A DNA stretch of 64,000 nucleotides, taken from Candidatus Bathyarchaeota archaeon (GTDB lineage: Archaea; Thermoproteota; Bathyarchaeia; Bathyarchaeales; Bathycorpusculaceae). Below the pieces are notes generated by a model. That model had not been told where the DNA came from. It saw nothing but the letters and a program-made list of their open reading frames with translations, and made no database searches. The stretch is from contig OY970176.1 in the NCBI GenBank assembly GCA_963707955.1, forward strand, positions 672,001 through 736,000, given 5' to 3'. Shown piece by piece: positions 43,788 through 51,788 of the stretch (the first letter of the stretch is position 1; every line of letters starts with the position of its first letter). The position numbers were made by a program, and so were the translations under genes.

Positions 43788-43874
43788 CTACTTCTTTAAG
43801 CGTTTCTCCTTGTGCTTCTTTCTTCTTTCTTCCCTTTCCTTTTTTGTCATCGGTTTCTTCTCAGCACTTCCCAT
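43788..43874 (-). CDS. Possible 28-aa highly basic peptide
   Basis: MGSAEKKPMTKKEREERRKKHKEKRLKK*; no clear RBS. Confidence 0.4.
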   Translation of the reverse strand: MGSAEKKPMTKKEREERRKKHKEKRLKK

Positions 43875-44004
43875 GCTTAACAAAATCGCCATTTTGAATA
43901 GTCAAGGTTGAAAGCTAAATCTTGTGTGCACAGAAGCGCGCGCCAGTGTTAATGTTCTAAAAGTAATGTTGCTTCTGCTCTTCCTCATACTATATTACAG
44001 AAAA

Positions 44005-44613
44005 TCAGTCTGTAACATCGTCTTCATGAAACTCGTCTTTGAAGAATGACCCCTGCTCATCTTGTTCAATGCTTTCAATCTCATCAGCGTTAGCTTCCAT
44101 GAGTCTCTTCATCTTGCGGTCCTCAATTCGTTTCCGTACTTCCTTATGGGTCAAGTATCGAGACTGTGAATTGGTGCCTGAGACACCGTCGAACCATTCG
44201 CCGCCCAAGTCCAGTTTTTGTTCAGAAATCATGACTCGCGAGTCAGCGTTCTCTCGACTAGTTTTTTCATGATAATCGTCAATGTTCTTTGTGCCAACAA
44301 GATTGCCTTTGTCATCGTAGACTTCAATTGAACGAAGGCTTTGTTTTGGGTGTATTATGTGAAATGACGTTTCAAAACGGCAGTTTGGGCAATAGAACCG
44401 TATGTTGTTGAATTTCACGTCATGCCTAAGTCTGAAACTTTTTCCTGCGCATTGTGGGCAGCCATCATGTGCACATTTAGCTAGTGCGAGATTGTTTACA
44501 CTTGCCCATCTTAGGTATTGAGCTTCAAGTGAAGAATCATGCTCCATATCAGCGAATTCTGTCCAGCCATGTTTCCGTGGTCTGCCTCGATTTCTCGAAG
44601 TAATTATTGTCAT
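44005..44613 (-). CDS. Hypothetical zinc-finger protein with AT-hook-like motif and acidic tail
   Basis: RGRPRKH, CAHDGCPQC, YCPNC, D/E-rich C-terminus. Confidence 0.65.
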   Translation of the reverse strand: MTIITSRNRGRPRKHGWTEFADMEHDSSLEAQYLRWASVNNLALAKCAHDGCPQCAGKSFRLRHDVKFNNIRFYCPNCRFETSFHIIHPKQSLRSIEVYDDKGNLVGTKNIDDYHEKTSRENADSRVMISEQKLDLGGEWFDGVSGTNSQSRYLTHKEVRKRIEDRKMKRLMEANADEIESIEQDEQGSFFKDEFHEDDVTD

Positions 44614-44996
44614 CAACCCAACCGAGTGCCACCAATACCGAAGTCTGCTTGTCCAAGAGAGCATCAGTTAGCACTCTGGCCAAATCGACAATGGGGATGC
44701 TAAGAATATTAACTTTAGTGCAGATTGCGCGCGCATCTACGACGCTTTGATACTAGCAGCCAACTACGGAAAACAATGGACATAAAACTCAGGGTTCAAA
44801 CGTGGGCTTTGACCTAAGACAATCCACTAGGCTTTCATGATTTGGGCAATCTTCGATCTTTTTTGGGATAATAATATATCACGTGTGCGGATGAGGGACA
44901 AGAAATCCGAGAAACAAACAATATAAGGCACATATGAGGCGTTTTCACAGATGTGCGTATAGTTCATTTATCTCTTGCATAAGGGGATGGGGTTAG

Positions 44997-45551
44997 CTGA
45001 CAATAATTGTTGACGATGCAGGCATAGGCGACCTACTTTTTGGCGTGGTCATAGGTGCCTTTCGCTGCGAGACTCAGGAATTTAGATACGATATCGTGGA
45101 TGTTAAATACTTTAGATATCCGCGATTCCGATCAAAAGAGTATCTGAAGCAGGCTTCGAAAGTCGTGTTTCAACTGCTGAGTAAACTCCAAATCAAGAAA
45201 GACGAACAAATTCAAATCTGCAGAGGATACATCTTCGACGAAGCGGTAGATCGTTTAAGAGAGATATATGGCGGCAGTCAAGTCGACAGAATCACAGTCA
45301 CTGGGGAGCCGCAGAGGCTGACGGAGATAGCATACCTTGACGAAATCAGAAACTTGGGTTATGAGCCTGTGAAAGAGAGAGACGAAGAAAAGGCAAAGAG
45401 CTTCTTCCATATGATGAACTGGCTGAAGAAAAATCCAGAAAAACTAATTTATGCAAAGACTGGCTGGCCACGCCTGCAGAGATACAGTTTATTCAGATCT
45501 TACTGTCAATGTCAAAGGCGATCAACAGAAGATAGAGAAATTTGTTCTTGA
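44997..45551 (+). CDS. Hypothetical protein with RNase HII-like N-terminal motif; probable CTG start
   Basis: MTIIVDDAGIGDLLFGVVIGA resembles the RNase HII DEAG.G...G..V strand-loop; purine-rich RBS upstream. Confidence 0.55.
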   Translation: MTIIVDDAGIGDLLFGVVIGAFRCETQEFRYDIVDVKYFRYPRFRSKEYLKQASKVVFQLLSKLQIKKDEQIQICRGYIFDEAVDRLREIYGGSQVDRITVTGEPQRLTEIAYLDEIRNLGYEPVKERDEEKAKSFFHMMNWLKKNPEKLIYAKTGWPRLQRYSLFRSYCQCQRRSTEDREICS

Positions 45552-45638
45552 GTCTACAAAGTGCTCATTGGTCTTATGCAATTAGTAAGAAAATTGCCGA
45601 AGGCGTCTCTTTCAATGCGCACTTGTTTAATGCGCGCG

Positions 45639-45747
45639 CGTCTGCAGAGAACAGAAAAAGAGGGGGTTGCGCGGGAGACATCGGCACTTTACCATTCTAA
45701 AGCCTTAGGTAGGTAGTTTTTCCGTTTAGGTGGGTACTTTTCATTTT
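45639..45747. repeat. ~110-bp non-coding repeat, copy 2
   Basis: Aligns with 42915-43022. Confidence 0.85.
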
Positions 45748-45832
45748 TTCTTTCTAAATAGCTTGCCACGCGCGCTTCATCAATAGCGCAAACGCCAGAC
45801 AGACCCTCGACCACACAAGAGCGTGCATGCAT

Positions 45833-45893
45833 GTTCCTAAATCAGCGTGGGCTAACACATAACAAAAATCACCTCATGAGCGAATTTAGGAAC
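45833..45893. mobile_element. MITE-like element with 14-bp imperfect terminal inverted repeats
   Basis: GTTCCTAAATCAGC ... GCGAATTTAGGAAC; the same motif recurs at 47322/47449 and 62978. Confidence 0.45.
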
Positions 45894-46092
45894 GGTAATA
45901 CGCACCAGATGCACACGTAAGTCTCCTACGATATCCAAAAGAGTGTTCTTAAATGGTGCTGCTTGCGTTGGAATCTATTAATGATGCGTGAATTCATTAT
46001 GCCTAACATCGAGCGTGCTTTATGCTGGAATCACAAAAGCATTGATCTGCTTGAGCTCCCACGAAAAGGGTTTTGTCCAAGCAAGAAATGGT

Positions 46093-47253
46093 TCATGTAG
46101 GTCCGAAAGATGTTTGTGAACGTTGCGGTGCACCGTTCTCATTTTTCCTTCTTCGTCTTCGTCTGGCGTTGAGAAATAGAGCTAATCCCACTGCAAGGAA
46201 GACTATTATCATAGAGGTCACGATTGCTGGGATTACGTAAGGGGCCCAAGCGTATGGAATTTCCACCTGTCCAAACAGGGGCAACTCCCAGACGACCCAC
46301 ATGTTGGAGTAAGCATCCACGAAGTAGCCGTAGATGTTTTGAATCGAAGAGTCAAAAAGAACGAAACTCGCATCGTCACCATGATACAATTCTACTACGG
46401 TGGAGTTTGTCAAGCGAACATTAGAGTGCCCAAAGATATGGATGCCAGAGACAGTTGAGTTCGATATTTTCACACTCGAGAAATCGGGGCCGTCTATCTC
46501 AAGATATTCGAGTTTGGAAGCGTTAATGTCAATTGTACAATTCGACTGGTTGCTAGACGAGTTTACCTCCTGGTGAATAAAGGCACCGTCCAAGATTGAG
46601 TTTTGAACTTCGGCCTGCGATTGGTCCTCCATAATCAACCCACTCTTGGGGTACTCTCCATAATAGGACACCGGATAGAAGGTGCTCATAACGACATTTC
46701 TCATCCAGACTCTGGAATTGTTGCGACATATTATGTAATCTCCTAGCCCATCAGAGTACGAGATTTTGGAGTCCGTGATGTTTACGACGGCTTCGTCGCC
46801 AACGATGATGCAATGTTCGTCTGTGGGGTATGAAGCATTTGCGCTGAGAATCAATTCGCTGTTCACGATGGTTAGTTTAGCCTGATTCTGAAGTATCAAA
46901 TTATTTGTTCTCAAGTAAGGCTCGGCGGGTGTCTCGTTTGGATTCCAGTTTGAAATGAATGTGGCGTTGCTGATTGTCACTTCCGCATTGTCCTTTATGG
47001 TGAGTTTGCCGGCTTGGTTGAATTGGCAATCCTGTATTAGCAGAGTGTCATTATGTTCGACGACGATGTCTCCAAAGTGGCTAGTTGCATTTTGTTGCTG
47101 AACGTCAAGGGCCAAGGCATTCTTCACAACGAGGCTGGCAAACAACTGTGGATGAACAGCACTTCCAAAGGCCACTCCAAGAAGGGCAAAAAGAATCAGA
47201 GTCGCATTCAAAACAGACAAAGCTGGAGTGTGACAGGAGGCCTTCCTGTTCAA
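46093..47253 (-). CDS. Membrane-anchored surface protein with predicted parallel beta-helix
   Basis: Signal peptide, repeated (A/S).(V/L).I.(N/D)S.I strands, C-terminal TM + RRRRRRK. Confidence 0.75.
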   Translation of the reverse strand: MNRKASCHTPALSVLNATLILFALLGVAFGSAVHPQLFASLVVKNALALDVQQQNATSHFGDIVVEHNDTLLIQDCQFNQAGKLTIKDNAEVTISNATFISNWNPNETPAEPYLRTNNLILQNQAKLTIVNSELILSANASYPTDEHCIIVGDEAVVNITDSKISYSDGLGDYIICRNNSRVWMRNVVMSTFYPVSYYGEYPKSGLIMEDQSQAEVQNSILDGAFIHQEVNSSSNQSNCTIDINASKLEYLEIDGPDFSSVKISNSTVSGIHIFGHSNVRLTNSTVVELYHGDDASFVLFDSSIQNIYGYFVDAYSNMWVVWELPLFGQVEIPYAWAPYVIPAIVTSMIIVFLAVGLALFLNARRRRRRKNENGAPQRSQTSFGPT

Positions 47254-47321
47254 CCTTATCCCATATGCCTAGGAAGTTGGGACTTAGAGTTAAAGCTTGT
47301 CATATGCGTAGCGCGCTAGCG

Positions 47322-47462
47322 TGTTCCTAGATTGGCTTCTTCAAGTGCGGCCTGATTGATCCGTGCTTATGAACGATGCTTCACGCGTCTGGAGTCACAG
47401 GGCCATCATGTATCTGACAGAGCCAACGGCGGAAGCCAACATAGCAAACGAATTTAGGAACA
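47322..47462. mobile_element. MITE-like element, same inverted-repeat family as 45833
   Basis: TGTTCCTAGATTGG ... CGAATTTAGGAACA. Confidence 0.45.
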
Positions 47463-47476
47463 GCCATGCGCCTAAG

Positions 47477-47665
47477 AAGGGGAGACGGTCGAGCACATCG
47501 AAAAGTTACTACCCTTGCCAGATCCTTTGCGAAGCGCTCTGCACGCGCTCGGCTTCAAGCCCATACAAATCCAGTAGGGCCTTCACCAACGCCTACGTGC
47601 AGTACTAGCACCCTAGGGGGGAGGGTAAAATAGACGAGGCCAAAACGCGAACACAGGGATGTAGC
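47477..47665 (+). mobile_element. Degenerate IS-like remnant (transposase-like C-terminus plus right end), copy 1
   Basis: GETVEHIEKLLPLPDPLRSALHALGFKPIQIQ*, then ~90 bp ending GGGATGTAGC; homologous to 57061-57270 (inverted). Confidence 0.55.
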
Positions 47666-48370
47666 CCTCGCTGAAGTGGCCGTGGGACCTTCGGGTTCAG
47701 GAGCCTTTTCGACTTGCTTGTCCTTCTCATCCGCGGGTTTCTTGCCTGTGACCTCTGGAAGGGCAAATTCGACGACGATCAAGATCATTATGATGACAAG
47801 TATCACGATTATTCCGGTGGAGTTACGCATGAAAAGGGCAACGTGTCCGACCCATGGAATCCTCATTACGACCTTACCGATAACGTCTTGTACGGGAGTG
47901 TAACCAGCTACCGGCGAAGAGGGCGGTCCAGGCCCATCATTGGCGTCACCCTGAGTTATGAACGCCACGACCGTCCCGTTGCTTCCATACACATAGCTTA
48001 CGGCTCTGTGCACGATCAGTTCGTCGCTTCCACTGATACGAAACACGAGGATGTCGCCTGAGCGCCCGCTCGCATTGTATGGTGCTGCGTAAACGTCTTG
48101 TGGATTCACTCCCTCAACGATGATCAGGTCTCCAGTGTGAAGCGTCGGTCCAAACGGGTTGGACCACCCATCATCAACAACGCCTTTAGGAAGGCTCATG
48201 CTTCCAGAAGCCACAGCGAGCATCGGATACTGCGTGTCCAAAAAGAGACGCGAGCCGTACCAAAACCCGAAGACAACTGAGACTATGAAGAAAATCATCA
48301 CGACGGTCTGGAAAGAATCGCCTCTCCACAAACGCCCAGGTCTTGACGCTGACAATGATCGACCTTCCAT
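47555..48370 (-). CDS. Signal peptidase I (S26B/Sec11 type); C-terminus runs into the IS-like remnant
   Basis: VASGSM, GDLII, IVHR, TQGDAN, V.GKV...IPWVG. Confidence 0.9.
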   Translation of the reverse strand: MEGRSLSASRPGRLWRGDSFQTVVMIFFIVSVVFGFWYGSRLFLDTQYPMLAVASGSMSLPKGVVDDGWSNPFGPTLHTGDLIIVEGVNPQDVYAAPYNASGRSGDILVFRISGSDELIVHRAVSYVYGSNGTVVAFITQGDANDGPGPPSSPVAGYTPVQDVIGKVVMRIPWVGHVALFMRNSTGIIVILVIIMILIVVEFALPEVTGKKPADEKDKQVEKAPEPEGPTATSARATSLCSRFGLVYFTLPPRVLVLHVGVGEGPTGFVWA

Positions 48371-48481
48371 GGCTGAAGTTGTCTGTTGAACAAGAGCAGT
48401 GGAGCTTTAAAACTTAACGCTTTCGAAAAATGAAAAAGAGGGGAGAGGAGGATAGATGAAAGAGCCGTCAGAGTTTCGCGT

Positions 48482-48652
48482 CTAAATCTTTTTCTTGTTT
48501 AGAACTTCCCTGAACACTTTGTGATCCTTTGGACATTCGAAGAGTCCGATCTCCAGCTGAATCCTTTTTCCTGACTTGTCCGGGCGCCCAGCCATCGTCC
48601 ATGTTTTCTTTGGTTTTGAAACTTCAGTTCCGCATTTTGGACATTTAGCCAT
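48482..48652 (-). CDS. cren7: Cren7-like chromatin protein (56 aa; not in ORF track)
   Basis: MAKCPKCGTEVSKPKKTWTMAGRPDKSGKRIQLEIGLFECPKDHKVFREVLNKKKI has P.KTW, IGLF..P and FR; GGAGG RBS; pyrimidine terminator. Confidence 0.8.
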   Translation of the reverse strand: MAKCPKCGTEVSKPKKTWTMAGRPDKSGKRIQLEIGLFECPKDHKVFREVLNKKKI

Positions 48653-48888
48653 TTAATTTCCTCCGATATGTTTCCGTATCCATGGTTTCTCATGATGGTA
48701 GATAAATAACTTTCCATTGATCTTTGTCCAAGAAGCGCCTGTTCAACGACCATGCGCAAGTGCCTGCTTCCGCAAACTCCCACGTCAAGGTAAGTGAAGA
48801 CGCTGGATGAAAGCTGCCAAAACAGGCCGTGCGACTCAAACGTTTTATTCTTCCTCATTCTAGAATGTAGGCCTAAGGTTGGAAAAGC

Positions 48889-50307
48889 ATGGAACAGGAC
48901 ATCATAGATTACGCCTTAGAGTATGCACAGAGCAAGAAGGTCGAGTACGCCGAAGTTAGAAGCCAGAGCCAAGCATTGGACAGGATGGTGCTGAGAGACG
49001 GAATCCTAGAGGCATACGCTAAGGCTGTGGACAGCGGGTTCTGCGTGCGGATCATGGCAAACGGCGGGATCGGCTTCGCATCGACGAACAAGTGGTCGAA
49101 GAGCGAGACGAGAGACGTTGTGGACCTGGCGTTCAAATACGCGGGGGCTGCAAATCGAAAAGACAAGCTGTTTTTTGCCAAGGAGAAGGCGGTTAAGACA
49201 AGCTGGACTGCTGACCAAAAAAAGAAGATCGAGAACGTTCCAACTGAAGAAAGAGTGGCTACTCTCACTGAGGTCAACAGGGCTTTGGCGTCCTGCGGTG
49301 TCAAGATCGCGGCTGCAACGTCGCAGTGTTCGATAAACCTGATAACCAAGTATTTCGTAAACTCGGAGGGATCGCGCATATCATCCGTCGTTCCGAAGAT
49401 CGGGGCGTATTTCTTCATCGCAGTTGCAGAGAGTGGAAAGACTGAGCAGACTTCAGAACAGTTCGGCTACAGTGGCGGATGGGAAGCTTTTGATAAGTGG
49501 AAGATCGAAGAAAAAATGATTCACGATGCAAAAGTGCTCAGAGCCGTCATAACAAAGGCAAAAGTCCTGAAACCTGAAAAGATGGACCTGGTCTGTGGCC
49601 CCGAAGTTGCAGGAATAGCAGCGCATGAATCCTGCGGCCACCCCATGGAAGCTGACAGAATCCTGGGCCGAGAAATGAGCCAAGCTGGACGATCCTTCAT
49701 CTACGAGGGGGGCCCATACTGGATCGGCACAAGAATCGGCAGTGACGCTGTCACGGTCGTCGATGACCCTACGGTCGAGAACAGTTACGGGTACTATCTG
49801 TATGATGATGAAGGGGTCAAGGCTAGGCGCAGGTTTCTGTACAAGAAAGGCGTCATAAACGAGTTCTTGCACAACAGAGAATCAGCCGCGAAGATGGACA
49901 CGCGAAGCAACGGTTCTTCAAGATCCGAAAATTACGACCGAGAGGCCATAGTGCGCATGGCAAACACGTTCGTGCTTCCTGGAGAACTGACCGACGAGGA
50001 GCTGATTGAAGACGTCAAGTATGGCGTTTGCATGAAATCCTTCACTGAATGGAACATCGATGACAAGCGCTTCAACCAACGCTACGTTGGCAGAGAAGCA
50101 TACATGATAGAAAACGGTGAATTGACCCATCCTGTTGCGAGACCCGTTGTTGAAACCACTACGCAGAAGTTCTGGACCGCTGTCGACGGGGTATCCAAGA
50201 AAGTTGAGTTTGACTCGGCCACATGTGGCAAGGGCGACCCTGAGCAAGGGGCACAAGTGTACACAGGTGGCCCGTGGCTTAGACTTAGGGCGGTGTTCAT
50301 GAAATGA
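48889..50307 (+). CDS. tldD: TldD metalloprotease subunit
   Basis: HESCGHPMEADR, DDP, YDDEG, RMANT, CGKG.P.Q, GGP. Confidence 0.92.
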   Translation: MEQDIIDYALEYAQSKKVEYAEVRSQSQALDRMVLRDGILEAYAKAVDSGFCVRIMANGGIGFASTNKWSKSETRDVVDLAFKYAGAANRKDKLFFAKEKAVKTSWTADQKKKIENVPTEERVATLTEVNRALASCGVKIAAATSQCSINLITKYFVNSEGSRISSVVPKIGAYFFIAVAESGKTEQTSEQFGYSGGWEAFDKWKIEEKMIHDAKVLRAVITKAKVLKPEKMDLVCGPEVAGIAAHESCGHPMEADRILGREMSQAGRSFIYEGGPYWIGTRIGSDAVTVVDDPTVENSYGYYLYDDEGVKARRRFLYKKGVINEFLHNRESAAKMDTRSNGSSRSENYDREAIVRMANTFVLPGELTDEELIEDVKYGVCMKSFTEWNIDDKRFNQRYVGREAYMIENGELTHPVARPVVETTTQKFWTAVDGVSKKVEFDSATCGKGDPEQGAQVYTGGPWLRLRAVFMK

Positions 50308-51629
50308 TCGACGCAATGAGTAAAACGGAAGAGATCATCAAGAAAGCGAAAGTGCTAGGCGCTGACGAAGTTATCGCCAGTACAGTTTTTGGCAAGTACC
50401 GTCAGGTCCGCTTCAGCAACAACCAAATAGACATAACCGTTGCTTGGAACGATTATGCGACTGATGTGATCCTGGCCTGGAAGAAACGCGTGGTTGCAAC
50501 ACAGATACACAACTTCCGCGAATTCGATGCCAGCCTCAGGCAACTGATGAAGCTTGTGAAGGTTTCTAAAGAAAATCCGACCTTCGGAGGCTTCGCAAAA
50601 GGCACTTTTCGCTATGCGAAGAGCAGGGCTGACAAGAAGATTGAAAACCTAGAGAACCTGACGGATCACGTTTCTGCAGCGATAGAAGCCGCCAAGAAAG
50701 AAGCTGGATCAAAGGTCGAAAGCGGTGGCATACTCCTTGCCAAATTTGAGGACGTTTACTTCGCTTCTTCTGAAGGACCGGCCGGCGTGGACACGAGATC
50801 AGCGATCGAGCTTTCTATCAGGGCTTTTTCGGAGAGAGAAGCCTCGGGGCATGGTGTTGAATGCAGCTCAACGCTGAGAGAGTTTGAACCTTCTAGGGCA
50901 GGAGCAAAGGCTGGCGAGATTGCCAAGATGGCTAAGAACCCAAGTTTAGGCGATGAGGGCGTTTATGATGTTGTCTTTGACCCGTTGATTTTCGGTTCTC
51001 TGCTCGGAGTTTGGGCCGGGATGGCTTCGGCCTACTCGATTATGACGCGGACATCCATATTCGTTGACAAGCTCGGCAAAGATGTGGCGCCTGAAATCGT
51101 GACGTTGAAGGACAACCCTGCTCCCTACTCACTGTCCAACAGGGTCTTCGATGACGAAGGTGTTCCGACAAGAGAGAACATTTTCATAGACCACGGCTCC
51201 TTCAAGACCTATCTTCATAATGCGTCGACAGCGAAGATCTTCAAGACCGAGACAACTGGCAACGCGGGCTTGATTGCTCCAACTCCATGGAATGCAGAAA
51301 TGGAACCTGGAGACGCGAGCAGAGAAGAGCTCTTTAAAGAAATGAAGAGGGGGCTTTACCTGACTAACACGTGGTACACGCGCTTCCAAAACTCTGCGAA
51401 GGGTGATTTCTCAACTATTCCCAGGGACGGCGTCTTCCTCGTAGAAAAGGGAGAGATTAAACGGTCGCTTAAAGACCTGCGAATAAGCGATAACGCATTA
51501 GCCATGCTTGGCAACATTGCGGGTGTTTCAAGAGAGAGGCAGCACGTCCACTGGTGGGAGGAAGCAGACCCACCGTCGCTAAGCCCCTACGTCCTGATGA
51601 AAAACGTGCACATAACCAAGTCTAAGTAA
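50304..51629 (+). CDS. tldE: TldE/PmbA subunit
   Basis: FDDEG, TTGNAG, GDFS; lacks HExxxH; ATGA-coupled to tldD. Confidence 0.9.
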   Translation: MIDAMSKTEEIIKKAKVLGADEVIASTVFGKYRQVRFSNNQIDITVAWNDYATDVILAWKKRVVATQIHNFREFDASLRQLMKLVKVSKENPTFGGFAKGTFRYAKSRADKKIENLENLTDHVSAAIEAAKKEAGSKVESGGILLAKFEDVYFASSEGPAGVDTRSAIELSIRAFSEREASGHGVECSSTLREFEPSRAGAKAGEIAKMAKNPSLGDEGVYDVVFDPLIFGSLLGVWAGMASAYSIMTRTSIFVDKLGKDVAPEIVTLKDNPAPYSLSNRVFDDEGVPTRENIFIDHGSFKTYLHNASTAKIFKTETTGNAGLIAPTPWNAEMEPGDASREELFKEMKRGLYLTNTWYTRFQNSAKGDFSTIPRDGVFLVEKGEIKRSLKDLRISDNALAMLGNIAGVSRERQHVHWWEEADPPSLSPYVLMKNVHITKSK

Positions 51630-51788
51630 GCACTGACAGTTTTCCTATTCCATCTTGTCCAGAATGCTACGTCAGTTAGCACATGCTTGCAACATCAATC
51701 TTCTTGAATTCTTCCTGATTATGCTGTCCAAAATCCTTTTACCTGTGACTTCTTGCTTATTCCCTCTTGCGTTGGAGTTCAACTAGTC

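Noticed and set aside
48889-51629. tldD/tldE as part of a RiPP cluster
   Set aside because: No precursor or YcaO/radical-SAM partner adjacent; common housekeeping pair in archaea
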